Origin: Patescibacteria group bacterium
GTDB taxonomy: Bacteria; Patescibacteriota; Minisyncoccia; Phycocordibacterales; PALSA-1337
Assembly: GCA_038064415.1 (NCBI GenBank)
Contig: JBBTTD010000001.1
Span: 13,738 to 77,737, forward strand
Length of the DNA stretch: 64,000 nucleotides
Direction of reading: 5' to 3'
The notes below the pieces were generated by a model. The model saw nothing but the letters and a program-made list of their open reading frames with translations. It did not search any database and was not told the DNA's origin. Position numbers and translations under genes: made by a program. The first letter of the stretch is position 1, and every line of letters begins with the position of its first letter. Shown one piece after another: positions 28,753-42,101 of the stretch.

Positions 28753-29098
28753 AATTAAAGTTACATATTAATTACGACACGATTATTTATATTTGTGAGC
28801 TTGCAAAAAATTATCATATACGATTAAGATCTTTTCCTAATTGTATTTTTATCCACAGCTTCAAATGCTTGACAATTTTTTCGTATCTGATAGGGTACCA
28901 ACAACTTCGCAGATTGTGTTCTGCCTTAGCGGAGGATTATATAGGCCAGTATAACCCTACCCAGTGTTTATCACATCAATATAAGTATGTGAATTTAATA
29001 GCCGTTTTTTGAAAAAAACGGATTTTTTGCGTGATTACCAAAAGTATGGAAAAGTCAGATCAAATTTTGACTTAGGATTAATAACTTTTAATAAAATC

Positions 29099-32000
29099 AT
29101 GACTACCGCTTTTCGTCCGAAGAAATATTTTTCTAGTTATCAAGCACCTTTGACTGAAATGCCAAACTTGGTTGAAGCGCAATTGCTTTCATTCACACAT
29201 CTTGTTGAAAAGGGCATAGTTGGTCTTTTGGATGAATTTTCCCCGATTGAAGATTATGCTGGAAAAAAGTTTGAACTATCCATCGGCTCACCAGAACTTC
29301 AGCGTCCAAAATTTGATGAGCATTACGCGAAAGATAATAAGCTTAACTATGATGGTCAGATCAAGGTCAAGGTCACGCTCAAAAATAAAGTTTTAAATGT
29401 GGTCAAAGAACAAGAAATGTTTTTAGCTGATATTCCGCTAATGACTGACCACGGAACTTTCATCATCAATGGTGTTGAGCGCGTCATCACCCCTCAACTC
29501 GCTCGTTCCTTCGGAATCTTCTTTACGAGCAACGAAGTCAAAGGTAAAAATTATTTTGGCGCTAAAATCATTCCCGCTCGCGGAGTTTGGATGGAAATAG
29601 AAACTGACACTGACGGCACAATATATTGTCGTATTGATCGCAAGCGAAAATTCCCGGTAACCTCGCTTTTGCGTATTTTAGGCGCGGAGACAAATGAAGC
29701 TATCGTAGGTCTTTTTAAGGGTAATTTAGACGCTCAAAAGGTTATAGAGCTTACTTTGAGTAAGGACCATACCAAAACCAAGGATGAATCTTATATGGAG
29801 ATTCATAAAAGACTTCGTGATGGTGATTTAGCGACAGCTGAAAATGCTCGAAATTTCGTCCAGACACTCCTCAAAGAAGATCGTTATGATATTTCTAGAG
29901 TTGGCCGTTTTCGTTTCAACAAGCGTTTCGGTAAATCAATGGAAGAGAAAGAGCTTGAGCGACGCACACTATCTATTGATGACATTACGACGACTTTGGT
30001 TCATATTGTGACTTTGACGACAACTCCTGATACTCAACCAGACGATATTGATCACCTCGGCTCGCGCCGTGTCCGTTATGTTGGGGAATTACTTGAACAG
30101 CGTTTTCGTCTTGGTCTGACACAGATGAAGAGAAACATTCAGGATAAAATGTCCACTGTTGAGCCTGATGTTACTTTGCCTGTTTCATTTATATATCCTA
30201 GACCGCTTCAAGCACGTATCAAAGAGTTTTTCACCACCAACCAACTCTCTCAATTTATGGAGCAGGTGAATGCTCTTGGCGAAATTGAAAATCTCCGTCA
30301 GCTCACAGCACTTGGACCCGGAGGACTTTCGCGTGAGCGCGCTGGTTTTGAAGTTCGCGATGTTCATCCTTCACACTATGGCAGACTTTGTCCGATTCAC
30401 ACACCAGAAGGCCCAAACATTGGTCTAGTTTTGCGTTTGGCTATGTATTCTCGCATTAACGACTTCGGTATGATTGAAACTCCGTATGCCAAGGTTAAAG
30501 ACGGCAAGATAACCAAGGAAATTGTTTATATGAATGCTTTGGAAGAAGAAAATTTCCGCATTGCCCATGCCGCCACACCATTTGATGCTAGCGGAAATAT
30601 TACAGTTGATGAAGTGGAAGTCCGTATCAACGGTAAACCTGCTATGGCTACAAAAAAAGAAGTAAACTATATTGATGTCGCGACAAATCAAGCATTTTCT
30701 ATCGCCACTTCTCTTATTCCTTTTGTTAACCATGATGATGCTAATCGAGCACTCATGGGATCAAACATGTATAAACAAGCTACCCCTTGCTTAGTCCCAG
30801 AAGCACCATTCGTTGCTACCGGCATTGAAGCAAAAGCAGTCGCTGATACTGGCAGACTTGTTATTGCTCCTGAAGATGGTGAAGTTACTCATGTTGACGC
30901 CAAAAGAATTGTTTTCGTTACTAAAAAAGGCAAGAAGCATGAATATAAGCTAGTTCTTTTTTCCCGAACCAATGGTTTTACTGCTTTCCATCAGCGTCCG
31001 ATTGTTTCGGCAGGCGATAAAGTCAAAAAAGGAGATGTTCTGGCGGATACTTCAACTTCCGACAAAGGTCAAATTGCTCTTGGTCACAACGCTCTAGTGG
31101 CTTTCATGTCATGGTCAGGAAATAATTATGAGGACGCTATCATCCTTTCTGAAAGAGTAGTCAAGAATAGTAAGTGGAGTTCTATTCATATTGAAGAATT
31201 TGTAGTCAATGTCCGTGATACCAAACTTGGCCCAGAAGTTACTACTTGTGATATTCCCAATGTCGGTGAAGCCAAGCTTAAAAATCTTACTGAAGAAGGT
31301 ATCATCAGAATTGGCGCGGAAGTTAGACCTGGTGATATTTTAGTCGGAAAAATTTCTCCCAAAGGAGAGACACAACTTACGCCTGAAGAGCGTTTACTCC
31401 GTTCTATTTTCGGTGAAAAGGCGCGTGATGTGAAAGATACTTCCAAGCGCATGGAAAATGGCAAGCGCGGTCGTGTTATTTCCGTAAAGATTTTCTCACG
31501 CGAAAAAGGCGACAAACTAGAATCAGGAATTATCAAGAAAATTTACGTGGAGATTGCTCAAGTTCGTAATATTTCAGTTGGTGATAAAATGGCTGGTCGC
31601 CACGGCAACAAAGGTGTCATCTCAAAAATTCTTCCAGAAGAGGATATGCCATACATGGAAGATGGAAAACCGATTGATGTTATTTTGACCCCACTCGGCG
31701 TGCCTTCTCGTATGAACCTAGGCCAGATTCTAGAACTGCATCTTGGTTTGGCGGCCAATGAACTCGGATATCAAGCTATTGTTCCTCCCTTTGCCGGAGC
31801 GACTGATGCGGAGATTAAGGAGGAATTGGTTAAAGCTGGTTTTGATGCTTCTGGAAAAATGAAACTCCGAGACGGTAGGACGGGTGAACATTTTAGTCAG
31901 CCAATTGCGGTCGGTTACATGTATATTCTCAAATTACATCACATGGTGGAAGACAAAATTCACATGCGTTCAATTGGACCTTACTCTTTGATTACTCAAC

Positions 32001-32278
32001 AACCATTAGGCGGTAAGGCACAAGGTGGAGGCCAGCGTTTCGGAGAAATGGAAGTCTGGGCTTTGCTCGGTCACGGCGCCGCTCACACACTCCGTGAAAT
32101 ACTTACTGTTAAATCAGATGATATCATTGGTCGTTCGCAAACATTTGACGCTATCGTTAAAGGTGAGCGTCCGAAAGCGCCAAATCTACCAGCCTCATTC
32201 AATGTGCTTCTGAAAACCCTTCGCGGTCTGGCGTTAAATGTTGAGCTTATCAATAAACCTCGCGTTGAGGAGGAATAA
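29099..32278 (+). CDS. rpoB: RNA polymerase beta subunit
   Basis: GTFIINGVERV, TPEGPNIGL, DDANRALMG, GDKMAGRHGNKG, GGQRFGEMEVWAL. Confidence 0.99.
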   Translation: MTTAFRPKKYFSSYQAPLTEMPNLVEAQLLSFTHLVEKGIVGLLDEFSPIEDYAGKKFELSIGSPELQRPKFDEHYAKDNKLNYDGQIKVKVTLKNKVLNVVKEQEMFLADIPLMTDHGTFIINGVERVITPQLARSFGIFFTSNEVKGKNYFGAKIIPARGVWMEIETDTDGTIYCRIDRKRKFPVTSLLRILGAETNEAIVGLFKGNLDAQKVIELTLSKDHTKTKDESYMEIHKRLRDGDLATAENARNFVQTLLKEDRYDISRVGRFRFNKRFGKSMEEKELERRTLSIDDITTTLVHIVTLTTTPDTQPDDIDHLGSRRVRYVGELLEQRFRLGLTQMKRNIQDKMSTVEPDVTLPVSFIYPRPLQARIKEFFTTNQLSQFMEQVNALGEIENLRQLTALGPGGLSRERAGFEVRDVHPSHYGRLCPIHTPEGPNIGLVLRLAMYSRINDFGMIETPYAKVKDGKITKEIVYMNALEEENFRIAHAATPFDASGNITVDEVEVRINGKPAMATKKEVNYIDVATNQAFSIATSLIPFVNHDDANRALMGSNMYKQATPCLVPEAPFVATGIEAKAVADTGRLVIAPEDGEVTHVDAKRIVFVTKKGKKHEYKLVLFSRTNGFTAFHQRPIVSAGDKVKKGDVLADTSTSDKGQIALGHNALVAFMSWSGNNYEDAIILSERVVKNSKWSSIHIEEFVVNVRDTKLGPEVTTCDIPNVGEAKLKNLTEEGIIRIGAEVRPGDILVGKISPKGETQLTPEERLLRSIFGEKARDVKDTSKRMENGKRGRVISVKIFSREKGDKLESGIIKKIYVEIAQVRNISVGDKMAGRHGNKGVISKILPEEDMPYMEDGKPIDVILTPLGVPSRMNLGQILELHLGLAANELGYQAIVPPFAGATDAEIKEELVKAGFDASGKMKLRDGRTGEHFSQPIAVGYMYILKLHHMVEDKIHMRSIGPYSLITQQPLGGKAQGGGQRFGEMEVWALLGHGAAHTLREILTVKSDDIIGRSQTFDAIVKGERPKAPNLPASFNVLLKTLRGLALNVELINKPRVEEE

Positions 32279-32283
32279 TTCTT

Positions 32284-32323
32284 AGCGAGGTCCGACCTTG
32301 ATATATTGAGGTCGGACCTCGCT
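32284..32323. repeat. REPIN-like doublet after rpoB
   Basis: AGCGAGGTCCGACCTTGA-TATA-TTGAGGTCGGACCTCGCT. Confidence 0.9.
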
Positions 32324-32343
32324 GAAATCTAATTTAAACTATT

Positions 32344-32886
32344 ATGAATAAAAAAATTATTTTGGGGGTTATAATTATAGCGATATTAGTCGTTGCTGGT
32401 TGGTATCTATTCAAACCACGCCTTGCGTGTTGGCCATATTGTCCTAATATGACTAATCAGAATAGAGAGGAGATAAAACAATCGGCACTTGAAGTACAAA
32501 ATAATCAGATTAATAAGTCAAATAATTCTTTTTCTGTTCAAGATCTTGCTTATATTAATCAAAAATACGGATTTTCTCTTATTTTTCCAATTTCATGGAC
32601 AGATTATCAGGTTAATCAGAGAAATCAGGCAATGACAGAATTTGGGTTTTATGTCCCAGATGCCTTTCCAAAATTTCAAGCTCTATTTTATGTAGGTGTT
32701 ACTAAAGATGAACAAAGTTGTGAAGAATGGTCGAATCCTAAGACTGATGAGCCACACGATTATTGTATTATAAAAGTTGATGGAAATATCTATCATTATG
32801 GGAAAGCACAAGACATTATTCCAATACTTGACCGAAAATATCAAGATATTGATTTGATCATAAAAACATTTAAATTTATTAAATAA
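32344..32886 (+). CDS. Hypothetical membrane-anchored extracytoplasmic protein between rpoB and rpoC
   Basis: N-terminal TM, YINQKYGFSLIFPISW, ends IIKTFKF (PsbP-like pattern); AT-rich. Confidence 0.75.
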   Translation: MNKKIILGVIIIAILVVAGWYLFKPRLACWPYCPNMTNQNREEIKQSALEVQNNQINKSNNSFSVQDLAYINQKYGFSLIFPISWTDYQVNQRNQAMTEFGFYVPDAFPKFQALFYVGVTKDEQSCEEWSNPKTDEPHDYCIIKVDGNIYHYGKAQDIIPILDRKYQDIDLIIKTFKFIK

Positions 32887-32895
32887 ATTATCACC

Positions 32896-36564
<3,669 letters not shown>

Positions 36565-36569
36565 TGGCG

Positions 36570-36687
36570 AAGGAGGCAGAATGTGTGCAGATACTGATTA
36601 ACAAAAGGTTATCATGATATTAGTTAAACTACCACGTCGTCTAACTTCTTAGTTGTTAATCAGTATCTGCACACATTCTGCCTCCTT
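36570..36687. repeat. 35-bp perfect inverted repeat, 48-nt loop, after rpoC
   Basis: 36570-36604 AAGGAGGCAGAATGTGTGCAGATACTGATTAACAA is the reverse complement of 36653-36687. Confidence 0.95.
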
Positions 36688-36749
36688 TGCTTAGTCGATT
36701 TTCAATATGTTTCCACTCCATTCTAACAGTGTGTTAGTATGTAAACACT

Positions 36750-37724
36750 ATGCGCAAGATAATTATTAAAGAAGGCCCCCTTGTCTTTCTTCGGAATGTC
36801 TTGTCTATGGAAATCATCGCCGCCCTATTCTTTTTTGGCTTGTCATTTATAAGTAATTATGGCCAATTGTACCAAAATTGGGGTTTTTCTGATTACATCA
36901 GATTTGACCTTTTTGAAATATTTATCTTTTCTGTCTTTCAGTTAGTATATATCTCACTTTTATTTTTTGATTGGTATTTTACCAACTATGAAATTAACGG
37001 AAAGGAGATAATCAAAAAATCAGGTTTACTATTTCGCCGTCGTAAAGCTGTAAGTTTGGCTGATGTAGCTTCAGTAGAAATAAACCAGTCGCCGATAAGT
37101 CGGATGATGTCTCATGCCACCATCATTCTTGAACACGCCAATGGTCATATGACAAAAATCAGAAATGTCTCTAATTTTGATGAATATATTTACCTAATCA
37201 AGAGTATGGTTCAAGAAGCTTCTGGACGGACCTTGACACAAGATCCGAAAGTTTTATTGGAAAAGGGCGAAGGATTTTTTATTGAATTTAAACAGACGCT
37301 TCGTTATGACGCGCGCAAAGGTGAAATTAGCAGGGAATTAGAGAAAATGGTTCTCAAAACGATTGTTGCCTTTCTGAACGCAGAAGGAGGTACTCTACTG
37401 ATTGGTGTAAATGATGATGCTGAAATTGTTGGTCTAGATAACGATTACAAAACACTGACCAAAAAAGATCGTGATGGGTTTGAGAATCATATGACTATGT
37501 TAGTAAAAACTCTGATTGGTTTGTCATTCACAAAATATGTCACGGTGCGGTTTGATTCAATTGACGGTAAAGATATTTGCATTGTGATAGTTAAAGAAGG
37601 TCACAAACCGGCGTATCTACACAATGGTGATAAAAAAGAAGACTTCTTTGTGCGAGTAGGGAACTCAACGCAACCTTTTTCTATGAGTGAGGCGGAGGAG
37701 TATATCAAGACGCATTGGAAATAA
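36750..37724 (+). CDS. Membrane bPH-domain / Schlafen AlbA_2 fusion protein
   Basis: Two TMs, YEIN..IIKKSGLLFRR (bPH_2-like), then GEGFFIEFKQT..KTIVAFLNAEGGTLLIGVND..FFVRVGNST. Confidence 0.8.
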   Translation: MRKIIIKEGPLVFLRNVLSMEIIAALFFFGLSFISNYGQLYQNWGFSDYIRFDLFEIFIFSVFQLVYISLLFFDWYFTNYEINGKEIIKKSGLLFRRRKAVSLADVASVEINQSPISRMMSHATIILEHANGHMTKIRNVSNFDEYIYLIKSMVQEASGRTLTQDPKVLLEKGEGFFIEFKQTLRYDARKGEISRELEKMVLKTIVAFLNAEGGTLLIGVNDDAEIVGLDNDYKTLTKKDRDGFENHMTMLVKTLIGLSFTKYVTVRFDSIDGKDICIVIVKEGHKPAYLHNGDKKEDFFVRVGNSTQPFSMSEAEEYIKTHWK

Positions 37725-37760
37725 ACTCTGATATTTGGCAAGGCCTACCCTTGTCTAAAT

Positions 37761-37787
37761 TCTTAGCGAGGTCGGACCTCGCTAAGA
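37761..37787. repeat. 27-nt palindrome of the AGGTCNGACCT family containing the typA stop
   Basis: TCTTAGCGAGGTC-G-GACCTCGCTAAGA; degenerate copies at 37739-37753 and 37804-37814. Confidence 0.9.
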
Positions 37788-39587
37788 TATTAAATCCTTC
37801 CTTTCCGACCTCGCCCGATCTAATTCTGTCAAAAACTTTTTGCGTAGGCGAACACTTTTTGGAGTAATTTCCAAATATTCATCATCACGCATCAATTCCA
37901 GACCTCTTTCAATAGACAATTCAAATGGTGGTACCAGCATCAACGCCTCGTCTTTACCCGACGAACGCATATTACTCATAGCTTTACCTTTTGTTGGATT
38001 GACATCCATATCGTCGCCTTTGGCAGTATCACCAATAACCATACCTTCGTAAACTTCAACTGCTGGTCCTACGAAGAGGCGACCGCGATCTTGAAGATTC
38101 CAAAGTGAGAAGCCAAGAGTTTTGCCAGAAGTCATAGATGTCATTGAGCCGGTTTCGCGTTTTTCTATTTCGCCGACATGATTTTTAAATTCCGTAACTC
38201 GACTAGACATGATACCTTCACCTTTTGTGTCAATTGTAAATGCGTTACGATAACCCAAAAGACCGCGAGTTGGAATTTCAAAGACCATGCGTACTTGATT
38301 GCCATGAGCTTTCATGTCATTCATGATTCCTTTTCTTTTGCCTAGAGTTTCTATAATTGTCCCAGAATATTCTTGCGGACAATCAATGATCACTTCCTCA
38401 AAAGGTTCTAACATTTTGTCATTTTCTTCTTTAACAATGACTTTTGGCTGTGAGACTTGTAGTTCATATCCTTCGCGACGCATATTTTCTAGTAAAATAG
38501 CGATATGGAGCTCACCTCTGCCAAATACATTCAGGTATTCGTTTGAAGAAAAGTCAACTTTTAAACCGACATTTGTTTCTAATTCTTTGTGGAGCCGTTC
38601 ACGGATTTGTCGGCCAGTTACAAAAGTCCCTTCGCGTCCGGCGAAAGGTGAATTGTTAACTAAAAATTGCAGAGAAATCGTCGGTTCATCAACAGTAATG
38701 GCCGGAAGTGGCTGTGAGTTTTCATTATCGGTAATTGTCTCGCCAATATAAATGTTAGGAATACCAGCGACGGTAATAATATCACCAGATTCTGCTTGAT
38801 CAATTTCTACACGCTTTTTTCCTTCAAAAGTGAATAATTTAGTAATTTTACCTGTAAATGATTTGCCATTGATGTCTTTAACCCAGACACTTTGGCCATT
38901 TTTTATTATTCCATTATAAATACGGCAAATGGCGAGGCGACCAAGGAAATTGTCATAACTTAGATTAAATACTTGTGCTTGAAGTGAATTGTCAGTTATG
39001 CCGCTAAGACTTTTTTTATTTGCCGGTGGTACATGCTCAAGAATAGTATCCAAAAGTGGTGTCAGATCTTTGGAGTCGTCAATTAAAGATTTTTTCGCGA
39101 TTCCAGTTCGGCCAATAGCATAAATAGTAGGGAAATCAATCTGACTATCATGCGCGCCAAGTTCCATAAAAAGCTCTAGGACTTCGTCATGAACACGAAG
39201 CGGATTGGCTGCTGGTTTATCAATTTTGTTGATTATTACAATAGGTTTCAATCCTAATTCAAGTGATTTCTTCAAGACAAAGCGAGTCTGTGGCATAGGA
39301 CCTTCTTGGGCGTCTACGACTAAAAGAACAGTGTCAATTGAACGAAGAACGCGTTCAACTTCAGATCCGAAATCAGCATGGCCTGGAGTGTCCACAATGT
39401 TGATTTTGGTACCCTTATACATTATTGAGGTATTTTTAGCGTATATCGTAATACCGCGCTCCTGTTCGAGCGCGTTTGAGTCCATTGTACCTTCGTCACC
39501 ATGACCGCATTGGGCCATGATAGCGTCAGTCAGCGTAGTCTTCCCATGATCTACGTGAGCGATAATTGCAATATTACGAATCTCCAT
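37782..39587 (-). CDS. typA: Translational GTPase TypA/BipA
   Basis: RNIAIIAHVDHGKTT, ERGITI, GRGELH, MRREGYE, YLEITPKSVRLRK; TTGACA-17-TATTCT upstream. Confidence 0.98.
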   Translation of the reverse strand: MEIRNIAIIAHVDHGKTTLTDAIMAQCGHGDEGTMDSNALEQERGITIYAKNTSIMYKGTKINIVDTPGHADFGSEVERVLRSIDTVLLVVDAQEGPMPQTRFVLKKSLELGLKPIVIINKIDKPAANPLRVHDEVLELFMELGAHDSQIDFPTIYAIGRTGIAKKSLIDDSKDLTPLLDTILEHVPPANKKSLSGITDNSLQAQVFNLSYDNFLGRLAICRIYNGIIKNGQSVWVKDINGKSFTGKITKLFTFEGKKRVEIDQAESGDIITVAGIPNIYIGETITDNENSQPLPAITVDEPTISLQFLVNNSPFAGREGTFVTGRQIRERLHKELETNVGLKVDFSSNEYLNVFGRGELHIAILLENMRREGYELQVSQPKVIVKEENDKMLEPFEEVIIDCPQEYSGTIIETLGKRKGIMNDMKAHGNQVRMVFEIPTRGLLGYRNAFTIDTKGEGIMSSRVTEFKNHVGEIEKRETGSMTSMTSGKTLGFSLWNLQDRGRLFVGPAVEVYEGMVIGDTAKGDDMDVNPTKGKAMSNMRSSGKDEALMLVPPFELSIERGLELMRDDEYLEITPKSVRLRKKFLTELDRARSERKDLIS

Positions 39588-39738
39588 AGTTGAGCGTACA
39601 GAATACACTGTTTGGAGATTTTTGTCAAAAATAAGTGAGGGCCTGACCTTCACTAAAATTTCGCCACAAAACAAAATCTTGATCAAATCTTGATCAAATC
39701 TTTATTGTTTCTTGATTTCGGTCTGCTAGGGTATTTAC

Positions 39739-40875
39739 ATGAAACAAAAAGAACGAAATATTCGCCAAATAGTTGGAACACATGAAAAAAATAATCCAAC
39801 CGCGGTTGAGATAATTGACGACATTTTAGCGTATGCGGTAAAAATGAGGGCGTCGGATGTTCATTGTGATCCAAGGAAAGATGATACCCTAGTTCGTTTG
39901 AGAATTGACGGGCAAGTTGAACATGTCGGTATAATTTCCAAAAAAATTCATGAAGAAATGATATCTCGGTTGAAAATTTTATCTGGCGCGAGGACTGATA
40001 TTCACGCGATTCCTCAAGATGGTAGGTGGAGAGCTGACATTGATGATCAGACATTCCATATTCGGATCTCATTCATGCCGACCTATAATGGTGAAAACGC
40101 GGTTATGCGTCTCTTACCCACAGTTGTCTCTGAAGAAATTACTTTTGCCAAGCTTGGTTTTAATCCTGACCATGTTCGTTCTATCGCCACGACTTTGAAG
40201 AGAACCTCTGGTTTAGTTTTAGTTACTGGACCAACTGGCTCCGGAAAGACAACCACTCTTCATACTTGTTTGACGCTCAAATCACGAGAGTCATTATCTA
40301 TCATTACTCTAGAAGATCCAATTGAGTATGAGATTCCGTCAGTCCGTCAAGTTCATATTCATCACAATCATGGAGTTACATTTGCTTCAGGATTGCGTTC
40401 CGCTCTTCGCCAGGATCCTGATGTAATTATGGTTGGAGAGATTCGTGACACTGAAACCGCGCGAGTTGCGATTCACACGGCGCTAACGGGTCATTTGGTT
40501 TTATCAACGCTTCATACCAATTCAGCGCTTGAAGCCATTCCACGGCTTGTGGATATGGGCATTGATCACTATCTTTTGGCTTCAACCTTGAAGCTGGTCG
40601 TTGCCCAACGATTGGTTAGGGCAATTTGTCAAACTTGCTTTTTGTCCGGCTGTTCGGGATGCAGAAATAGTGGTTATCTTGGTCGATCTGTTATTGCTGA
40701 AGTCTGTGAAATTGATTCGGGAATGAAAAAGCTGATCACTGATAAAGAAAGCGTGTCTGCCTGTTTGGCCTATGCCAAAGTCCAATGTTTTCGGCCGATG
40801 GTTGAAGATGGCTATGAAAAGGTTGAATGGGGAATTACCACGAAAGAGGAGGTGATGAGAGTGTTATTTGAGTGA
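39739..40875 (+). CDS. GspE/PilB-family secretion ATPase (short form)
   Basis: ASDVH, RLRIDG, PQDGR, GPTGSGKTT, LRQDPDVIMVGEIRD, TGHLVLSTLHTN. Confidence 0.93.
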   Translation: MKQKERNIRQIVGTHEKNNPTAVEIIDDILAYAVKMRASDVHCDPRKDDTLVRLRIDGQVEHVGIISKKIHEEMISRLKILSGARTDIHAIPQDGRWRADIDDQTFHIRISFMPTYNGENAVMRLLPTVVSEEITFAKLGFNPDHVRSIATTLKRTSGLVLVTGPTGSGKTTTLHTCLTLKSRESLSIITLEDPIEYEIPSVRQVHIHHNHGVTFASGLRSALRQDPDVIMVGEIRDTETARVAIHTALTGHLVLSTLHTNSALEAIPRLVDMGIDHYLLASTLKLVVAQRLVRAICQTCFLSGCSGCRNSGYLGRSVIAEVCEIDSGMKKLITDKESVSACLAYAKVQCFRPMVEDGYEKVEWGITTKEEVMRVLFE

Positions 40876-40909
40876 GGTAGAAAGTTAAATATAAATCTGA
40901 TTAAAACAT

Positions 40910-41965
40910 ATGAAAATATTTCACAAAAAATGGAAGAGGCGCGATCTGATTTTATTATTGGAGCGTCTAGAATTATATATTTCTTCCGGTTTGACAATAG
41001 ACAAGGCGCTTGAAATTTTAGGACAGGGGATTTCCGAGCGACAAGCCACTTCATTGGCAAAAGTTCGAGCAAATGTCGTGGCGGGATCCCCATTGTCAAA
41101 GTCCTTCGCGACTCATTTAAATTTGTCTAGAACTCTTGTCGGACTGATAGAACATGGCGAATCATCTGGAGAGCTGGCGCGAACTATTCAGACCGCTAAA
41201 ACCTTACTTGAGAGAGAAGAAGAGTTATCAAAAAAATGCTTATCAGCATTGGCGTATCCAGTCATTATTGGAATCTTTTCTCTAATTTTAACTATTGGAT
41301 TAGTTCGTGGAGTTATGCCGCAAATTATTCCAATGTTGAAAAGTTTGCATGTTCAACTTCCATTATTAACTAGAGTGGTGATGTTCGTTTCTGAAAATCT
41401 TTTATCTTATGGACTCTATATTTTTCTAGGAATTATTACAATTTTCATCACAACTAGTTTTACCTATAAGAAATCCTCTTTATTTAAAGGATTTTGCCAT
41501 AATTTTCTGGCTCATATACCAATATTGGGTCAATTGTTTTATTCCTATTATTTATCACTATTTCTTCAATCCTGTGGCTCTCTTGTTGAATCGGGGTTGC
41601 GAATTGGATATTCATATTCCAATACCACGGCGACGGTGTCATTCATCCCTTTATCAAAATTATTGAATACCCAGATAGTAAATATTCACAGGGGAATTCC
41701 TTTAGGGTCATTGATGGCAAATAAATCCAATAAAATCCCACGTTATATCTCACCGCTTCTTTTAGCTGGTGAATCTTCCGGGACTCTTGGAAAATCATTG
41801 ATTCGCGTCGCATCCATACTAGATCGTGACATAGAACACTCATTAAAAAGAATGACTTCACTGATAGAGCCAGTAATGATGGCGGGAATGGGTTGCGTGG
41901 TTGGTGCCATAGCGCTTTCAATCATGATGCCGATTTATGATATTTCTAGAGTGCTTCAACATTAA
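40910..41965 (+). CDS. GspF/PilC-family platform protein
   Basis: Two T2SSF repeats (GESSGEL, GESSGTL), ALAYP, LIEP..MMPIY. Confidence 0.92.
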   Translation: MKIFHKKWKRRDLILLLERLELYISSGLTIDKALEILGQGISERQATSLAKVRANVVAGSPLSKSFATHLNLSRTLVGLIEHGESSGELARTIQTAKTLLEREEELSKKCLSALAYPVIIGIFSLILTIGLVRGVMPQIIPMLKSLHVQLPLLTRVVMFVSENLLSYGLYIFLGIITIFITTSFTYKKSSLFKGFCHNFLAHIPILGQLFYSYYLSLFLQSCGSLVESGLRIGYSYSNTTATVSFIPLSKLLNTQIVNIHRGIPLGSLMANKSNKIPRYISPLLLAGESSGTLGKSLIRVASILDRDIEHSLKRMTSLIEPVMMAGMGCVVGAIALSIMMPIYDISRVLQH

Positions 41966-41991
41966 TTAAAAAGTAATCAAAGATTAAAGAC

Positions 41992-42093
41992 GAACTTAGT
42001 AAACATGAATTTCGTAGAAGTTATGTTGCTTCACCACATTATTTTCATTGAGGGTTCTGCATAACTTCTACAAAATTCATGTTTACTAAGTTC
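41992..42093. repeat. 34-bp inverted repeat (1 mismatch), 34-nt loop, after pilC
   Basis: GAACTTAGTAAACATGAATTTCGTAGAAGTTATG ... CATAACTTCTACAAAATTCATGTTTACTAAGTTC. Confidence 0.95.
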
Positions 42094-42101
42094 ACGACAT
42101 A

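Noticed and set aside
28749-29012. 87-aa ORF between trmD and rpoB
   Set aside because: It overlaps the rpoB promoter and leader (TTGACA near 28869, DnaA box), has a GTG start and no protein features.
39674-39702. 11-nt tandem repeat AAATCTTGATC x2.6 between typA and pilB
   Set aside because: Single short duplication with no further copies seen; insufficient evidence of function.
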